Shown here: positions 16,572 to 25,082 of the stretch, one piece after another
How the letters are laid out: each line of letters starts with the position of its first letter
Numbering within the stretch: position 1 is the stretch's first letter
Source of the DNA: a virus
Taxonomy: Duplodnaviria; Caudoviricetes
IMG/VR virus record: IMGVR_UViG_3300043579_000144
Location: 1-40,192 of that record
Reading direction: 5' to 3' (one strand)
DNA length: 40,192 nucleotides
Position numbers and translations under genes: made by a program
The notes under the pieces: model-generated
Databases searched by the model: none
What the model saw: the letters and a program-made list of their open reading frames with translations, nothing else
What the model was told of the DNA's origin: nothing

Positions 16572-19500
16572 CAGTAGGCTCCCGCGAGTCGCATTGCTTC
16601 CTGTCCGCGGCGCAAGTCGCCCAGCGGATTCATCATGGACATGGCGATGTCACGTGCGTTCAGCGCGTTCACGGTCATGTTGACCACGGTGGAGTTTGTG
16701 GGCGAGTTGGGACCCGTGGGCTGGCCGTTCATGGTGGAGAACGCCCCGCCGGCCGTGAGATTTCCAGCCGGTGCCGGCGGTGACGTGTAACCGCCTCCGA
16801 AGGTTCCGCCGCCAGCGCCGGCAGCACCCGTGGCGAAGCCGGCGGCCACGCCCAGGCCCGGCAGCAGGATGTTCGCCAGGAGCTGGAACACCTTGGCCGC
16901 TGCCAGGCGCGCCAACATGGCGATGACCTCGCTGACCAGGGAGCGGAAAATCGTGGTCATGGCGCCCTTGAGATTGGTGGCGCCGGAAAGTAGGTCCTGG
17001 AACGCCTGGCCGAATCCGGACTGGAGGCCGCTCCAGAGCGCATTCATGGAGTCATCCAGGACACTGGTGGAGTCCAGGACGCTGGACGTGACCTCCCCCC
17101 AGCGCACGCCCACGTCAATCATCGCCTCCGAGATTTCGGGGAAGCTGTCCAGCAGCTCCTTCTGCTTTTTCAGCATCGGTGCCGTGTCAATCTCAGGCCC
17201 GATGTCCAGGCCCTTGCGCAGCAGCGGGCGCGGGGACTTCGCGGCCTTCTCGCGCTCCGCCATGCGGCGCACGTTGGCCAGCTCGCGGTCCGCCAGCTGC
17301 GCGTGCAGCTTCAGCACGCCCTGGACGGTGATGGGAGGCGGCATCAGCACCTCCGGCTCCAGGAAGCCACGGACCTCCACAGGCGGCGGCTGGACCACCT
17401 TGGGGGTCACCGTGCCCACCAGGTCCAGCGGCCGCGGCTCCACCACCTGGGGCTTCAGGAGCCACTTCAGCACCTGGTCCGGCGGCTGCATGACCCGCGG
17501 CACCAGGATGCCGTCCAGCTCCAGGGGCTCCGGCTTGACCACCTTGGCGTTCAGCTCCAGCGGCGGCGGCTGGACCACGGCCGGCTTCACCACGGCCTCC
17601 AGGCTCAGCGGCGGCAGCTTGACGGGGCTGACCTTCAGCTCCAGGGGCGGCGGCGGCACCACCTCCGGCTTCACCACACGGTTCACCAGCTCCGCGTGCA
17701 GCTTCAGGATTCCGTCCAGGGACAGCGGCGGCGGCATGAGCACCCTGGGGTCCACCGTGCCCTTCAGGTCCAGCGGCGCCGGCTGCTCCACCTGGGGGGT
17801 CACGCGTCCCTCCAGTGTCAGCGGCGCCGGCTGGACCACGTTGGGCTTCAGCATCCACTTGAGCACCTGGGCAGGCGGGGTGAGCACCGTGGGTGCAATC
17901 ACGCCCTCCATGTCCAGGGGCGGCGGCTGGACCACCCGCGGGTGGACGATGCCGGCCAGGTCCAGGATGGGCGGCGGGATGACCTGGGGGACCACCAGGC
18001 CGTCCAGGGTGAGCGGCCCAGGCTGGATGACCTGGGGCACCAGGACGCCCTCCATGTTCAGCGGTGCCGGAGGCTCCACCCGCGGCTTCACGATGCCGCC
18101 CAGGGTCAGCGTGGGAATCGGCAGCACCTGCGCCTGGAGGAGGCCCTTGACGTTCACCGGCAGCGGCGGGACCACGGCCGGCTTCACCGTGCCCATCAGC
18201 TCCAGTGGCGCCGGCTGGATGACCGTGGGCTTGACCAGGCCCTCCATGGTGAGCGGCGGTGGCGGCTCCACCCTGGGCTTCAGCAGGCCCTGGAGCATCA
18301 CAGCCGGCGGTGGGATGACCGTGGGCTTGACCGTGCCCACCAGGGGCAGCGGCGGCGGCAGGGTCACCTTGGGCTTCAGCTCGCCGGCCACCATCACCGG
18401 GTCCGGCTGGATGACCCGCGGCTTGACCTCGCCCTCCAGCTCCACGGATTCCGTGGGGTACATCAGGCGCAGCTTGACGTCCGCCTCCAGGCTCAGCGCG
18501 CTGGCGGTGGTGCCGGTCAGCGTGCGCTGGACGTCCTCCGCCACCTTCCTGGCGGCCTTGGCACCCTCGATGGCCTCCAGGGTGCGCAGCAGCTGCTTGC
18601 CGTCATCGTTCGTGAGCTGGAGCACACGGCGCAGCATCTCCAGGCGCTTCGCCCTGGCCTCCGCGGCCTGCTCAGCCGGGGTTTTCCCCTGCTGGCCCAT
18701 CATCCCATAAATCGCGTTTCCTTCGTCGTCCTCGCCCACCTTGCCGAAGCCAGGGAGGCCGGCCACGCCCTTGCTGCCCTTGGGGTCCGCCCAGCTGGCG
18801 CCGCCGCCCTTGCCGCCGGACTCGCCGCCGCCAAACCCGGTGAACCTGGCCAGGCCGGCCGCCTTGATGTAGTCCCGCGCCGCCTCCTCGCCCTCCCGGA
18901 AGTAAATGGACATGGCGCGGACACGGGTTTCCAGCTCGCTCAGGCCCTTGGCCAGCGCCTTGAAGTCGAACGCCTCCAGGGTGAGCTGGACCACCTGCTT
19001 GACCACTGGCAGGTTGGCCAGCTTCGTCAGCACCTCCAGCAGCGCGTTCAGCTGCTCCACGGCCTGGACCACGGCCGGCGTGACCTTGATGGCCAGGGAC
19101 ACGCGCATGGCGTCCAGCTTCGTGTTCAGCGCGTCCATTTGCGCGTCCAGGCCGTTCGCGGCGCCGGTCACCTTGTTCGTCAGCAGGCCGCCAAATCGCT
19201 CATATTCGGCACGCACCTCGGACGTGGACTTGCGCAGGCCGTCCATGGCCGCGGCGCCCTCCTTAGACGCCCTGGCCAGGAGCTGCTGCATGATGCGCGC
19301 CTTGGTCCCTGGGTCCTCGATGCCGGCCAGCTTGTCCGACAGCTCCAGGATGGCCCCGTACGCGTCCCGGCTGGAAATCTTCAGCGCCTTCAGCAGCGGG
19401 TCCTGCCGTCCCAGGGCTCGCGCCATGGCCAGGAGCGCAGCGGACGCGTCCTCCGCGGAGCCGCCAGCGTTCTGGAACACACGCTGGAGCACCTGGACGT

Positions 19501-19753
19501 TCTCCGTGGCCACGCCCGTGCTGGCCTTCACACGGTTCAGGGATTCCACCTGGTCAGCCAGCCCACGTGCCAGCGCCACCGTTGCCGTTGCGGCCGTGAC
19601 CGCCGCGGTGGCGATGGCGCCGAACACCAGGCTGGCGCCGGACAGGCCCTTGATGGACCCGGCCAGCCCACTCAGGGACCCGGTGATGGCGTCAATAGAC
19701 GCGCTCGCCTGGTCCTTCGCTGCCAGGAGGATTTCGACCTTGGACTGCGCCAC
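16571..19753 (-). CDS. Tail tape measure protein
   Basis: Starts VAQSKVEILLAAKDQAS; Ala-rich helical N- and C-parts; follows the chaperone pair; C-terminal TVVNMTVNALN. Confidence 0.85.
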   Translation of the reverse strand: MAQSKVEILLAAKDQASASIDAITGSLSGLAGSIKGLSGASLVFGAIATAAVTAATATVALARGLADQVESLNRVKASTGVATENVQVLQRVFQNAGGSAEDASAALLAMARALGRQDPLLKALKISSRDAYGAILELSDKLAGIEDPGTKARIMQQLLARASKEGAAAMDGLRKSTSEVRAEYERFGGLLTNKVTGAANGLDAQMDALNTKLDAMRVSLAIKVTPAVVQAVEQLNALLEVLTKLANLPVVKQVVQLTLEAFDFKALAKGLSELETRVRAMSIYFREGEEAARDYIKAAGLARFTGFGGGESGGKGGGASWADPKGSKGVAGLPGFGKVGEDDEGNAIYGMMGQQGKTPAEQAAEARAKRLEMLRRVLQLTNDDGKQLLRTLEAIEGAKAARKVAEDVQRTLTGTTASALSLEADVKLRLMYPTESVELEGEVKPRVIQPDPVMVAGELKPKVTLPPPLPLVGTVKPTVIPPPAVMLQGLLKPRVEPPPPLTMEGLVKPTVIQPAPLELMGTVKPAVVPPLPVNVKGLLQAQVLPIPTLTLGGIVKPRVEPPAPLNMEGVLVPQVIQPGPLTLDGLVVPQVIPPPILDLAGIVHPRVVQPPPLDMEGVIAPTVLTPPAQVLKWMLKPNVVQPAPLTLEGRVTPQVEQPAPLDLKGTVDPRVLMPPPLSLDGILKLHAELVNRVVKPEVVPPPPLELKVSPVKLPPLSLEAVVKPAVVQPPPLELNAKVVKPEPLELDGILVPRVMQPPDQVLKWLLKPQVVEPRPLDLVGTVTPKVVQPPPVEVRGFLEPEVLMPPPITVQGVLKLHAQLADRELANVRRMAEREKAAKSPRPLLRKGLDIGPEIDTAPMLKKQKELLDSFPEISEAMIDVGVRWGEVTSSVLDSTSVLDDSMNALWSGLQSGFGQAFQDLLSGATNLKGAMTTIFRSLVSEVIAMLARLAAAKVFQLLANILLPGLGVAAGFATGAAGAGGGTFGGGYTSPPAPAGNLTAGGAFSTMNGQPTGPNSPTNSTVVNMTVNALNARDIAMSMMNPLGDLRRGQEAMRLAGAY
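17285..18439 (-). repeat. About 24 tandem 16-aa (48-bp) Pro/Val-rich repeats within the tape measure
   Basis: Units such as LEGEVKPRVIQPDPVM, LVGTVKPTVIPPPAVM, MEGLVKPTVIQPAPLE and LKGTVDPRVLMPPPLS. Confidence 0.9.
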
Positions 19754-19754
19754 G

Positions 19755-19979
19755 TTATTGGTCCTCGTACAGGAGGCGGAGCGCGTTGGAGAGCGGGTCA
19801 CCGCCTCCAGAGAGCGTCAGGTTCCACTTCACGCTGCGTGCCTTATCGTGGCCACGCATCACAGTCAGGTTGAACCCCAGGTGTGGGTCATGGAACGCTT
19901 CCCACGGTGTCCTTCCGCTTGCGCGTGCGAGGCGCCACAGCTCCCACGCTATCCCCGCTCCCTCCCGCGTCACCAGGAA
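19755..19979 (-). CDS. Tail assembly chaperone, frameshifted C-terminal part (gpT-like)
   Basis: Overlaps the end of the upstream chaperone ORF in the +1 frame and ends 1 nt before the TMP start; WELWRLARASGRTPWE. Confidence 0.7.
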   Translation of the reverse strand, partial: FLVTREGAGIAWELWRLARASGRTPWEAFHDPHLGFNLTVMRGHDKARSVKWNLTLSGGGDPLSNALRLLYEDQ

Positions 19980-20436
19980 AGGTGGCCTCCGCGGCCTCCC
20001 CTCCGATGTAACCGCCGATGCGCAGGATGGCCTCCAACATCAGCATCAGGTCCTCATCGCGCAGGTACATGCCGGGGATTGATTCGCCAGCCGGCTCCTT
20101 CCACGTGAACGCCGGGTGAATCCGCGTACCATCAGCGCGCAGCAGGAACGTGCCGCGTTCGATGACCTCCGGCGCCACCTGCATGGCCTGTGACGCCAGG
20201 CGCAGCGCCTCCTCCGGGTCATCCGCGACCTGCTCAGCGCGCTCATCCGCGTCCAGCTCGCCCAGCTTTTTCGGTCGCGTACCAGGGAGCGCCATGAGGA
20301 TTCGCGCCATGGCCACCTCCGGCACCTGGTGACATCCCACCGTCACCGCCTCGCCGGACTGCGTGCGCAGGTGCTTGAGCGTCACGAACTCCAGCGGCAC
20401 CACCACATCCGTCACTACCGTCACCTTCGCGTCCAT
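19888..20436 (-). CDS. Tail assembly chaperone (gpG-like)
   Basis: Between the tail tube and TMP genes; acidic; ACC TTT CCT slip candidate near the end. Confidence 0.75.
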   Translation of the reverse strand: MDAKVTVVTDVVVPLEFVTLKHLRTQSGEAVTVGCHQVPEVAMARILMALPGTRPKKLGELDADERAEQVADDPEEALRLASQAMQVAPEVIERGTFLLRADGTRIHPAFTWKEPAGESIPGMYLRDEDLMLMLEAILRIGGYIGGEAAEATFPGDAGGSGDSVGAVAPRTRKRKDTVGSVP

Positions 20437-20454
20437 CGTTCCCTCCAGGGAGGT

Positions 20455-20477
20455 GGCGCCGGCACGTGGCCGGCGCC
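20455..20477 (-). terminator. GC hairpin after the tail tube gene (terminator or stabiliser)
   Basis: GGCGCCGGC-ACGTG-GCCGGCGCC perfect 9-bp stem; no clear U-tract. Confidence 0.4.
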
Positions 20478-20513
20478 CCCAGGACTCTGCTGTGATTCGT
20501 GGACTGCTTGCTC

Positions 20514-21503
20514 CTACACCAGGGCAGACAGCGCGTTTTTCGTGCGGACCACCATGGCGGAGGTGTCGCCCGTGTCATACCACGCCTCCCACGTCGCCGT
20601 GGACAGGATGACACCGTAACCCTCCACCGGTGCGCTGAACTCCACCAGGTTGGCCTTGTTCGCACGCACCTCAAACTCCCGCTTGCTGGTGGAGCCGATG
20701 AGCGTGGGGTGCTGGAAGATGAGCTGTGGGCTGCCCACCGTGAACGAACGCGCAGCATCGAACTGCGTTTGCGTGGTGAACTCCTGGGTGAAGCGGAACC
20801 GCGCCACCAGGAAGTCCGCACGCAGCGGTTCGTCCACGTTGACCGCTCCCAGGTAAAAGCGGTCCTCCGTGTGCGGCTGCTCCAGCGTCACCTCAAAGCT
20901 GCGCACACGGACAGCCGTGGCCGCATCAGCCGTTCCATCGTCAATGGTGATGGCCTGGTGATACAGCACCGGGAACAGGTTGGGGAACGCCAGCGCGCCC
21001 GTGGGGGTGAAGTTGCTGGTTTTGTCCTTCGCCAGCACCGTCACCTCAATCTGCACCATCGCGTCCGTGCCCTGGCCGGCGGTGCCACGGATGGTGATAC
21101 CCGTGAACTTCGCACCCGACAGGCGGAACGCCTTGGTGGTGGGCACGTCGCCCTCAATCAGCTCCACCGTGTAGGAGTTGAGCGTGGACGATTCCTTGAA
21201 CGTGTGGTCACGCGCCATGTCCACCAGCGCGGGACCGGTGTACGTGCCCAGCACGCCGCGCAGCAGCTCCTCCATGCCGTCATAGTTGGCGCGCAGCACG
21301 ATGGTGCCCTTGAACAACAGGCCGGCCTGGTAGATGCCGCGCCGGCTGGGCGCCGCCGTCAGGGACGGGTCCTGGATGACGCCGATGACCGGCGCCACGT
21401 TCATGGAAATCACCTCCAGCTTGAGGCCGGTGGCGGCCACCGGCGTGCCGTAGATGGTTTCCTTTCCAAACTGCATGTATGACCGATGGCCCAAACCCGG
21501 CAT
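20514..21503 (-). CDS. Major tail tube protein
   Basis: G..SY.QFGKETIYGTPV start, HTF..SYTVE pattern and beta-rich; follows the tail terminator. Confidence 0.8.
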   Translation of the reverse strand: MPGLGHRSYMQFGKETIYGTPVAATGLKLEVISMNVAPVIGVIQDPSLTAAPSRRGIYQAGLLFKGTIVLRANYDGMEELLRGVLGTYTGPALVDMARDHTFKESSTLNSYTVELIEGDVPTTKAFRLSGAKFTGITIRGTAGQGTDAMVQIEVTVLAKDKTSNFTPTGALAFPNLFPVLYHQAITIDDGTADAATAVRVRSFEVTLEQPHTEDRFYLGAVNVDEPLRADFLVARFRFTQEFTTQTQFDAARSFTVGSPQLIFQHPTLIGSTSKREFEVRANKANLVEFSAPVEGYGVILSTATWEAWYDTGDTSAMVVRTKNALSALV

Positions 21504-21523
21504 CGCGCATCCCTCCTAGCCCA

Positions 21524-21988
21524 TCAGGGCTGTGTGTGTGACAGCTCCAGGTCCAGCGTCAGCTCCTGGACACCGGCCGACATGCCAGCAGAAACCATGT
21601 CATCCCGGTAACCGAAGCTGCCGGGGAAAAACGGTTGGCCGAACAGCGTGGTGACGCTGCCCTCCGCCGCGAACACAGCGCGCAGGACGTCCGCCTTGAG
21701 ATTCAGCAGCAGCCGCGGCCCACCGCTGTCACGGTCGGGCACGAATCCGTACACGTGGAAATAAGCACGGTTGCGGTGGTACGCACGCCCCACCTCCGCC
21801 GGTATCGCTTCCGTCCGCACGTGGTGCACGTACAGCAGCGCGCCCGCATCGCTTGGGACGGAATCCGGTGGGATGCCCACGTTGACCGTGGGCACGGTGA
21901 GCCAGGAAGCCGCGGGTGTGCCGATGGTGAGCAGCACATTCACCAGCGCGTCCAGGGCTCGATTCTCGCTCGCTTCAGTGGGTGGCAT
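21524..21988 (-). CDS. Tail terminator (gpU-like)
   Basis: Size (154 aa) and position before the tail tube; LLNLKADVLRAV helix. Confidence 0.6.
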   Translation of the reverse strand: MPPTEASENRALDALVNVLLTIGTPAASWLTVPTVNVGIPPDSVPSDAGALLYVHHVRTEAIPAEVGRAYHRNRAYFHVYGFVPDRDSGGPRLLLNLKADVLRAVFAAEGSVTTLFGQPFFPGSFGYRDDMVSAGMSAGVQELTLDLELSHTQP

Positions 21989-21991
21989 CCA

Positions 21992-22294
21992 TCACTCCGC
22001 CGCGCACATCAGGCGCGTCAACGCTCCATCGTCCACCTGCTCCACACGTGCGACCCGATACAGCCGTGATTCCACCAGGATGGTGGTGGGAGCTGCGATA
22101 TTGGGGAGGGCTCCTGTCTTGACCAACACCGTGGTCTGATGTCCTGCGAAGGACGCGCCCTCCCCTGATAGCAGCTCCACATCCACCTCATCCCGGATGC
22201 CTTTGACTTCGTGCCCATCCCACTCCACGGGGACACCGAACTCCGCCAGCATCGCGTCCAGGTCCGATGCCCCGTAGTAGGATGAGCTGGCCAC
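21992..22294 (-). CDS. Head-tail joining / head closure protein (gpFII-like)
   Basis: DLDAMLAEFGVPVEW..VKGI.D...YRVARVEQVDDGALTRL; TAGTG-coupled start. Confidence 0.75.
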   Translation of the reverse strand: MASSSYYGASDLDAMLAEFGVPVEWDGHEVKGIRDEVDVELLSGEGASFAGHQTTVLVKTGALPNIAAPTTILVESRLYRVARVEQVDDGALTRLMCAAE

Positions 22295-22659
22295 TAGCCG
22301 GTGACCTTCTTCTGCACGATGGCCGAAACGCCCAGGGCGCAGGAGGTGGTGGCCACCACGCTCACAGCGCGCACGTACCTGCGCACGTTGCGCACGTCCA
22401 CGCTGATGGACCGGATTTGATTGGCCGTGGTGACCTGCGAGGCCGTGGCGCCCGTGACGTCCGCGAAGCTGGAGTTGTCCGCGGAGTCCTGGAGCTTCGC
22501 GTCCATGGTCCCCGTGATGGCGCCCGTGACCCACACGAACGTGGCCACGCCCTCGTATCCCGTCATGTCCACGCCCGTGGAGTTGTCCGTAGCAGCAGCC
22601 ACCACGGCCGCGGCTCGCACAAACAGCGGGGTGGCAACAGCCAAAGCATTGGCCGGCAT
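22294..22659 (-). CDS. Capsid decoration/cement protein (Bbp16-like)
   Basis: GVDMTGYE..KLQDSADNSSFADVTGA..RRYVRAV motif; near the capsid gene. Confidence 0.65.
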   Translation of the reverse strand: MPANALAVATPLFVRAAAVVAAATDNSTGVDMTGYEGVATFVWVTGAITGTMDAKLQDSADNSSFADVTGATASQVTTANQIRSISVDVRNVRRYVRAVSVVATTSCALGVSAIVQKKVTG

Positions 22660-22711
22660 GTTCGTGTTCTCCTTTTCTTTCAGCCTCGCCCGTCAGCTGT
22701 GGAGGCGGTGA

Positions 22712-23017
22712 TTACCGCTTCCGCTTCGTGGGCTTGGGGTCCTGGTTCGTGGGCTCCGCCGGCTCCCCTTCAGGGAAACCTTCGTCACCCGCTTCCACAT
22801 CTTCGTCCGCGTCAGCGGCCGGCTCCGGCGCAGCCTGGACATCCGGCACCGGGTGCGTGTCCACATCCGCCTCCGTGGCCGGACGCAGCCGGCCCGTGGC
22901 GGTGTACGGACGCGCCTCCTGGGCGGTCAGCTCCAGGACCCTGCCGCGGCCCACATCACCGTGCGGTGTGCCGAAGCAGAACGGCTCCACCACCACGTAC
23001 TTCAAACGCTCATCCAT
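22712..23017 (-). CDS. Hypothetical head-associated protein (gpFI-like position)
   Basis: GRVLELTAQEA..TGR domain with an acidic tail; directly after the capsid gene. Confidence 0.55.
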   Translation of the reverse strand: MDERLKYVVVEPFCFGTPHGDVGRGRVLELTAQEARPYTATGRLRPATEADVDTHPVPDVQAAPEPAADADEDVEAGDEGFPEGEPAEPTNQDPKPTKRKR

Positions 23018-23098
23018 CGTGCCTCCCTGGTGTGCGGAGCGGCCTCGCGGCCACTCCGCCACCAGCTGTCTGATGTCCATGTCACCCAGCTCCCCGGA

Positions 23099-25072
23099 CT
23101 AGCCGGTGAAGTTGGTGCCCTTGCTGAAGGACTCGCCGTGCCGGATGAGAATGTCCGTCATCTGGAAGCTGGCCACCTCGATGAGGCCGCGCTTCTTGGA
23201 CGTGTACGGGTCCACCACCAGCTCCAGGGCTCCCCACATGCCAATGAGCATGTCCGCCCAGTTGCCGAACACCACGCCCATGTTGGAGCCGCCGGTGCGG
23301 TCGCTGCCCGTCATGACCTTGGACACCTGGGCGGACGCCATGGCGCGGTACCCGTCCACGTTGCCGTCCAGGATGGTCCCGTCCCACAGCGGGCTCCAGG
23401 TCCCCGTGCCGCCCTTCATCACGGCCTTCATGTTCGCGCTCATGCTCGGATTCGCCAGCCAGCCCAGGCTGCCCAGGTGCGCGTTGGCGTTCGCCACCTG
23501 CGCCTCCATGGCCAGCACATCGCTGTACCGGATGGCGCCCGCGCCGCCGGAGCGGTCCGTCAGGTTCACACCCACGGCCTTGTACACACCCGTGGGCTCA
23601 CCCGCCGCGCCCAGGCCGTGGATGCCGGCCACGTCCAGCGCGATGGCGTGCACCTGGGCGATGTCCTCGCGCACCAGCTGCTCCGTGTCCACGCTGCCCT
23701 GCATGAGGAGCTGACGGCTGAAGGACGTGGCGCCCATGAGCGTCTTGGGAGCCAGGAGCGCCAGCGCCAGCACCAGGTCCGTCTCGCTGATGGCCGCGCC
23801 GCCTTCACCCACCCACACGGCGGACTGTCCGGCCGTCTGCTTGGGGAACGCCACCGGCGACGTCAGGCCGGTCAGCGTGCGGGCGCCCAGCTGCGTGAGC
23901 ACGGTGCGGTTCCGGAGCAGCTCAATCAGCTCCCCCGGTTCCTCAAACACCGTCTCCGCACCCTTGCCGGCGACGTTCGACACCAGCGAACGCTTCGCCC
24001 GCTCCGGGTCATGGCCAGGCATCCCTTCCATCAGGCGCGTGGGCACCAGGACGCCACCGCGGGCGGCCGGCACGCTCTCGCCCGTGGGGCGATTCGTGAC
24101 CAGCCAGCGGTGGACCTCACCCTCCAGGCCGTCCGGCTCGCGGCGCTCCGCGGCCGCCAGGATGGCGCGAGCGAAGCTGTACCGCTTCAGGTCCTTCCGC
24201 GCCAGGCCGGCCTTCTCCAGCGACTCCGCCGAAGCGGTCGGGGCACCCTGCGTGGCCCGCTCGTTCAGGATGAGACGCTGCACCCCGGTGATGTCCAGGC
24301 CCTGCTCCTGCCAGGCTCGCACGTTCTCCGTCTTGTAGCCGAACGCTTCCGCCAGGCGGTACATCTCACCCGCTTCCGCGGTCGCCTGCGCCGCGCTGCG
24401 CTCCTGGACATCGTGGACGGCAGGCCGCGGGTCCGTATCCGCCACCTCCAGGATAGCCCCGTTCTCGCCTCGCACCTTCTTCATGCTGCGCTCCTCCTTG
24501 GGCTCCTCGCCCTCCACGTCCACCGGCGGGAAAGTCCCACCGCTCATGCCCCGGCCCACGCCCACCGTGGGGTCAGCCGGAACGCTCACGAATGACAGCT
24601 CCAGGGGTGCCCAGGCCGTGACGCGCCACAGGTCGCCCAGCTCCTCACTCTCCTCCACCAGCTTGGCCCGCTTCGGGATGTATCCCAGGCTGATGTTGCC
24701 GCGGATGTCGTCCAGCACGTCCCGCTGGATTTCCTGGCCGCGCTGGTTCGCAGAGAACTGCACCTCAGCGCGCATCACGCGGTCCTTGTCCAGCCAGGCG
24801 GAGCGCACCACGCCCACCTGGTCACCGCCGTGGTCCACCAGGACCGCAGCGCGCCCGGACTTGAACCGCGCCAGCTCCACGCTGCCAGGGCTGTGGTCCA
24901 GCACCTCGCGGTACTTGCCGAAGAATCCGAACCGCTCCACCGGGAACTCACTGGACACCGCGACGGTGAAACGCTGGGGGGTTTCGTCACCCTCAGCGCG
25001 CTCCACCGGCTTGATTTCGGTGACCGGCAGGAACCGGAACCCTGGGGCGCCGGGGTACTTGCGTGCCTTCAT
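23099..25072 (-). CDS. HK97-type prohead protease fused to major capsid protein
   Basis: Protease motifs SSEFPVER, EVLDH, LVDH, ISLGY and ELSFVSVPADPTVGVGR; capsid motifs FPKQT..AVWVGEG, PKTL...SRQLL, FGNW..IGMWG and D..IRHGESF. Confidence 0.9.
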   Translation of the reverse strand: MKARKYPGAPGFRFLPVTEIKPVERAEGDETPQRFTVAVSSEFPVERFGFFGKYREVLDHSPGSVELARFKSGRAAVLVDHGGDQVGVVRSAWLDKDRVMRAEVQFSANQRGQEIQRDVLDDIRGNISLGYIPKRAKLVEESEELGDLWRVTAWAPLELSFVSVPADPTVGVGRGMSGGTFPPVDVEGEEPKEERSMKKVRGENGAILEVADTDPRPAVHDVQERSAAQATAEAGEMYRLAEAFGYKTENVRAWQEQGLDITGVQRLILNERATQGAPTASAESLEKAGLARKDLKRYSFARAILAAAERREPDGLEGEVHRWLVTNRPTGESVPAARGGVLVPTRLMEGMPGHDPERAKRSLVSNVAGKGAETVFEEPGELIELLRNRTVLTQLGARTLTGLTSPVAFPKQTAGQSAVWVGEGGAAISETDLVLALALLAPKTLMGATSFSRQLLMQGSVDTEQLVREDIAQVHAIALDVAGIHGLGAAGEPTGVYKAVGVNLTDRSGGAGAIRYSDVLAMEAQVANANAHLGSLGWLANPSMSANMKAVMKGGTGTWSPLWDGTILDGNVDGYRAMASAQVSKVMTGSDRTGGSNMGVVFGNWADMLIGMWGALELVVDPYTSKKRGLIEVASFQMTDILIRHGESFSKGTNFTG

Positions 25073-25082
25073 TGCTCGCCTC

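Noticed and set aside
17285-18439. Repeat considered as a diversity-generating retroelement TR/VR pair
   Set aside because: No reverse transcriptase in the genome; differences between units are not adenine-specific.
16830-19873. Long plus-strand ORFs (626, 856 and 400 aa) antisense to the tape measure
   Set aside because: Shadow ORFs from high-GC codon bias and the repeat; low-complexity S/G/T or H/Q/R translations with no RBS context.
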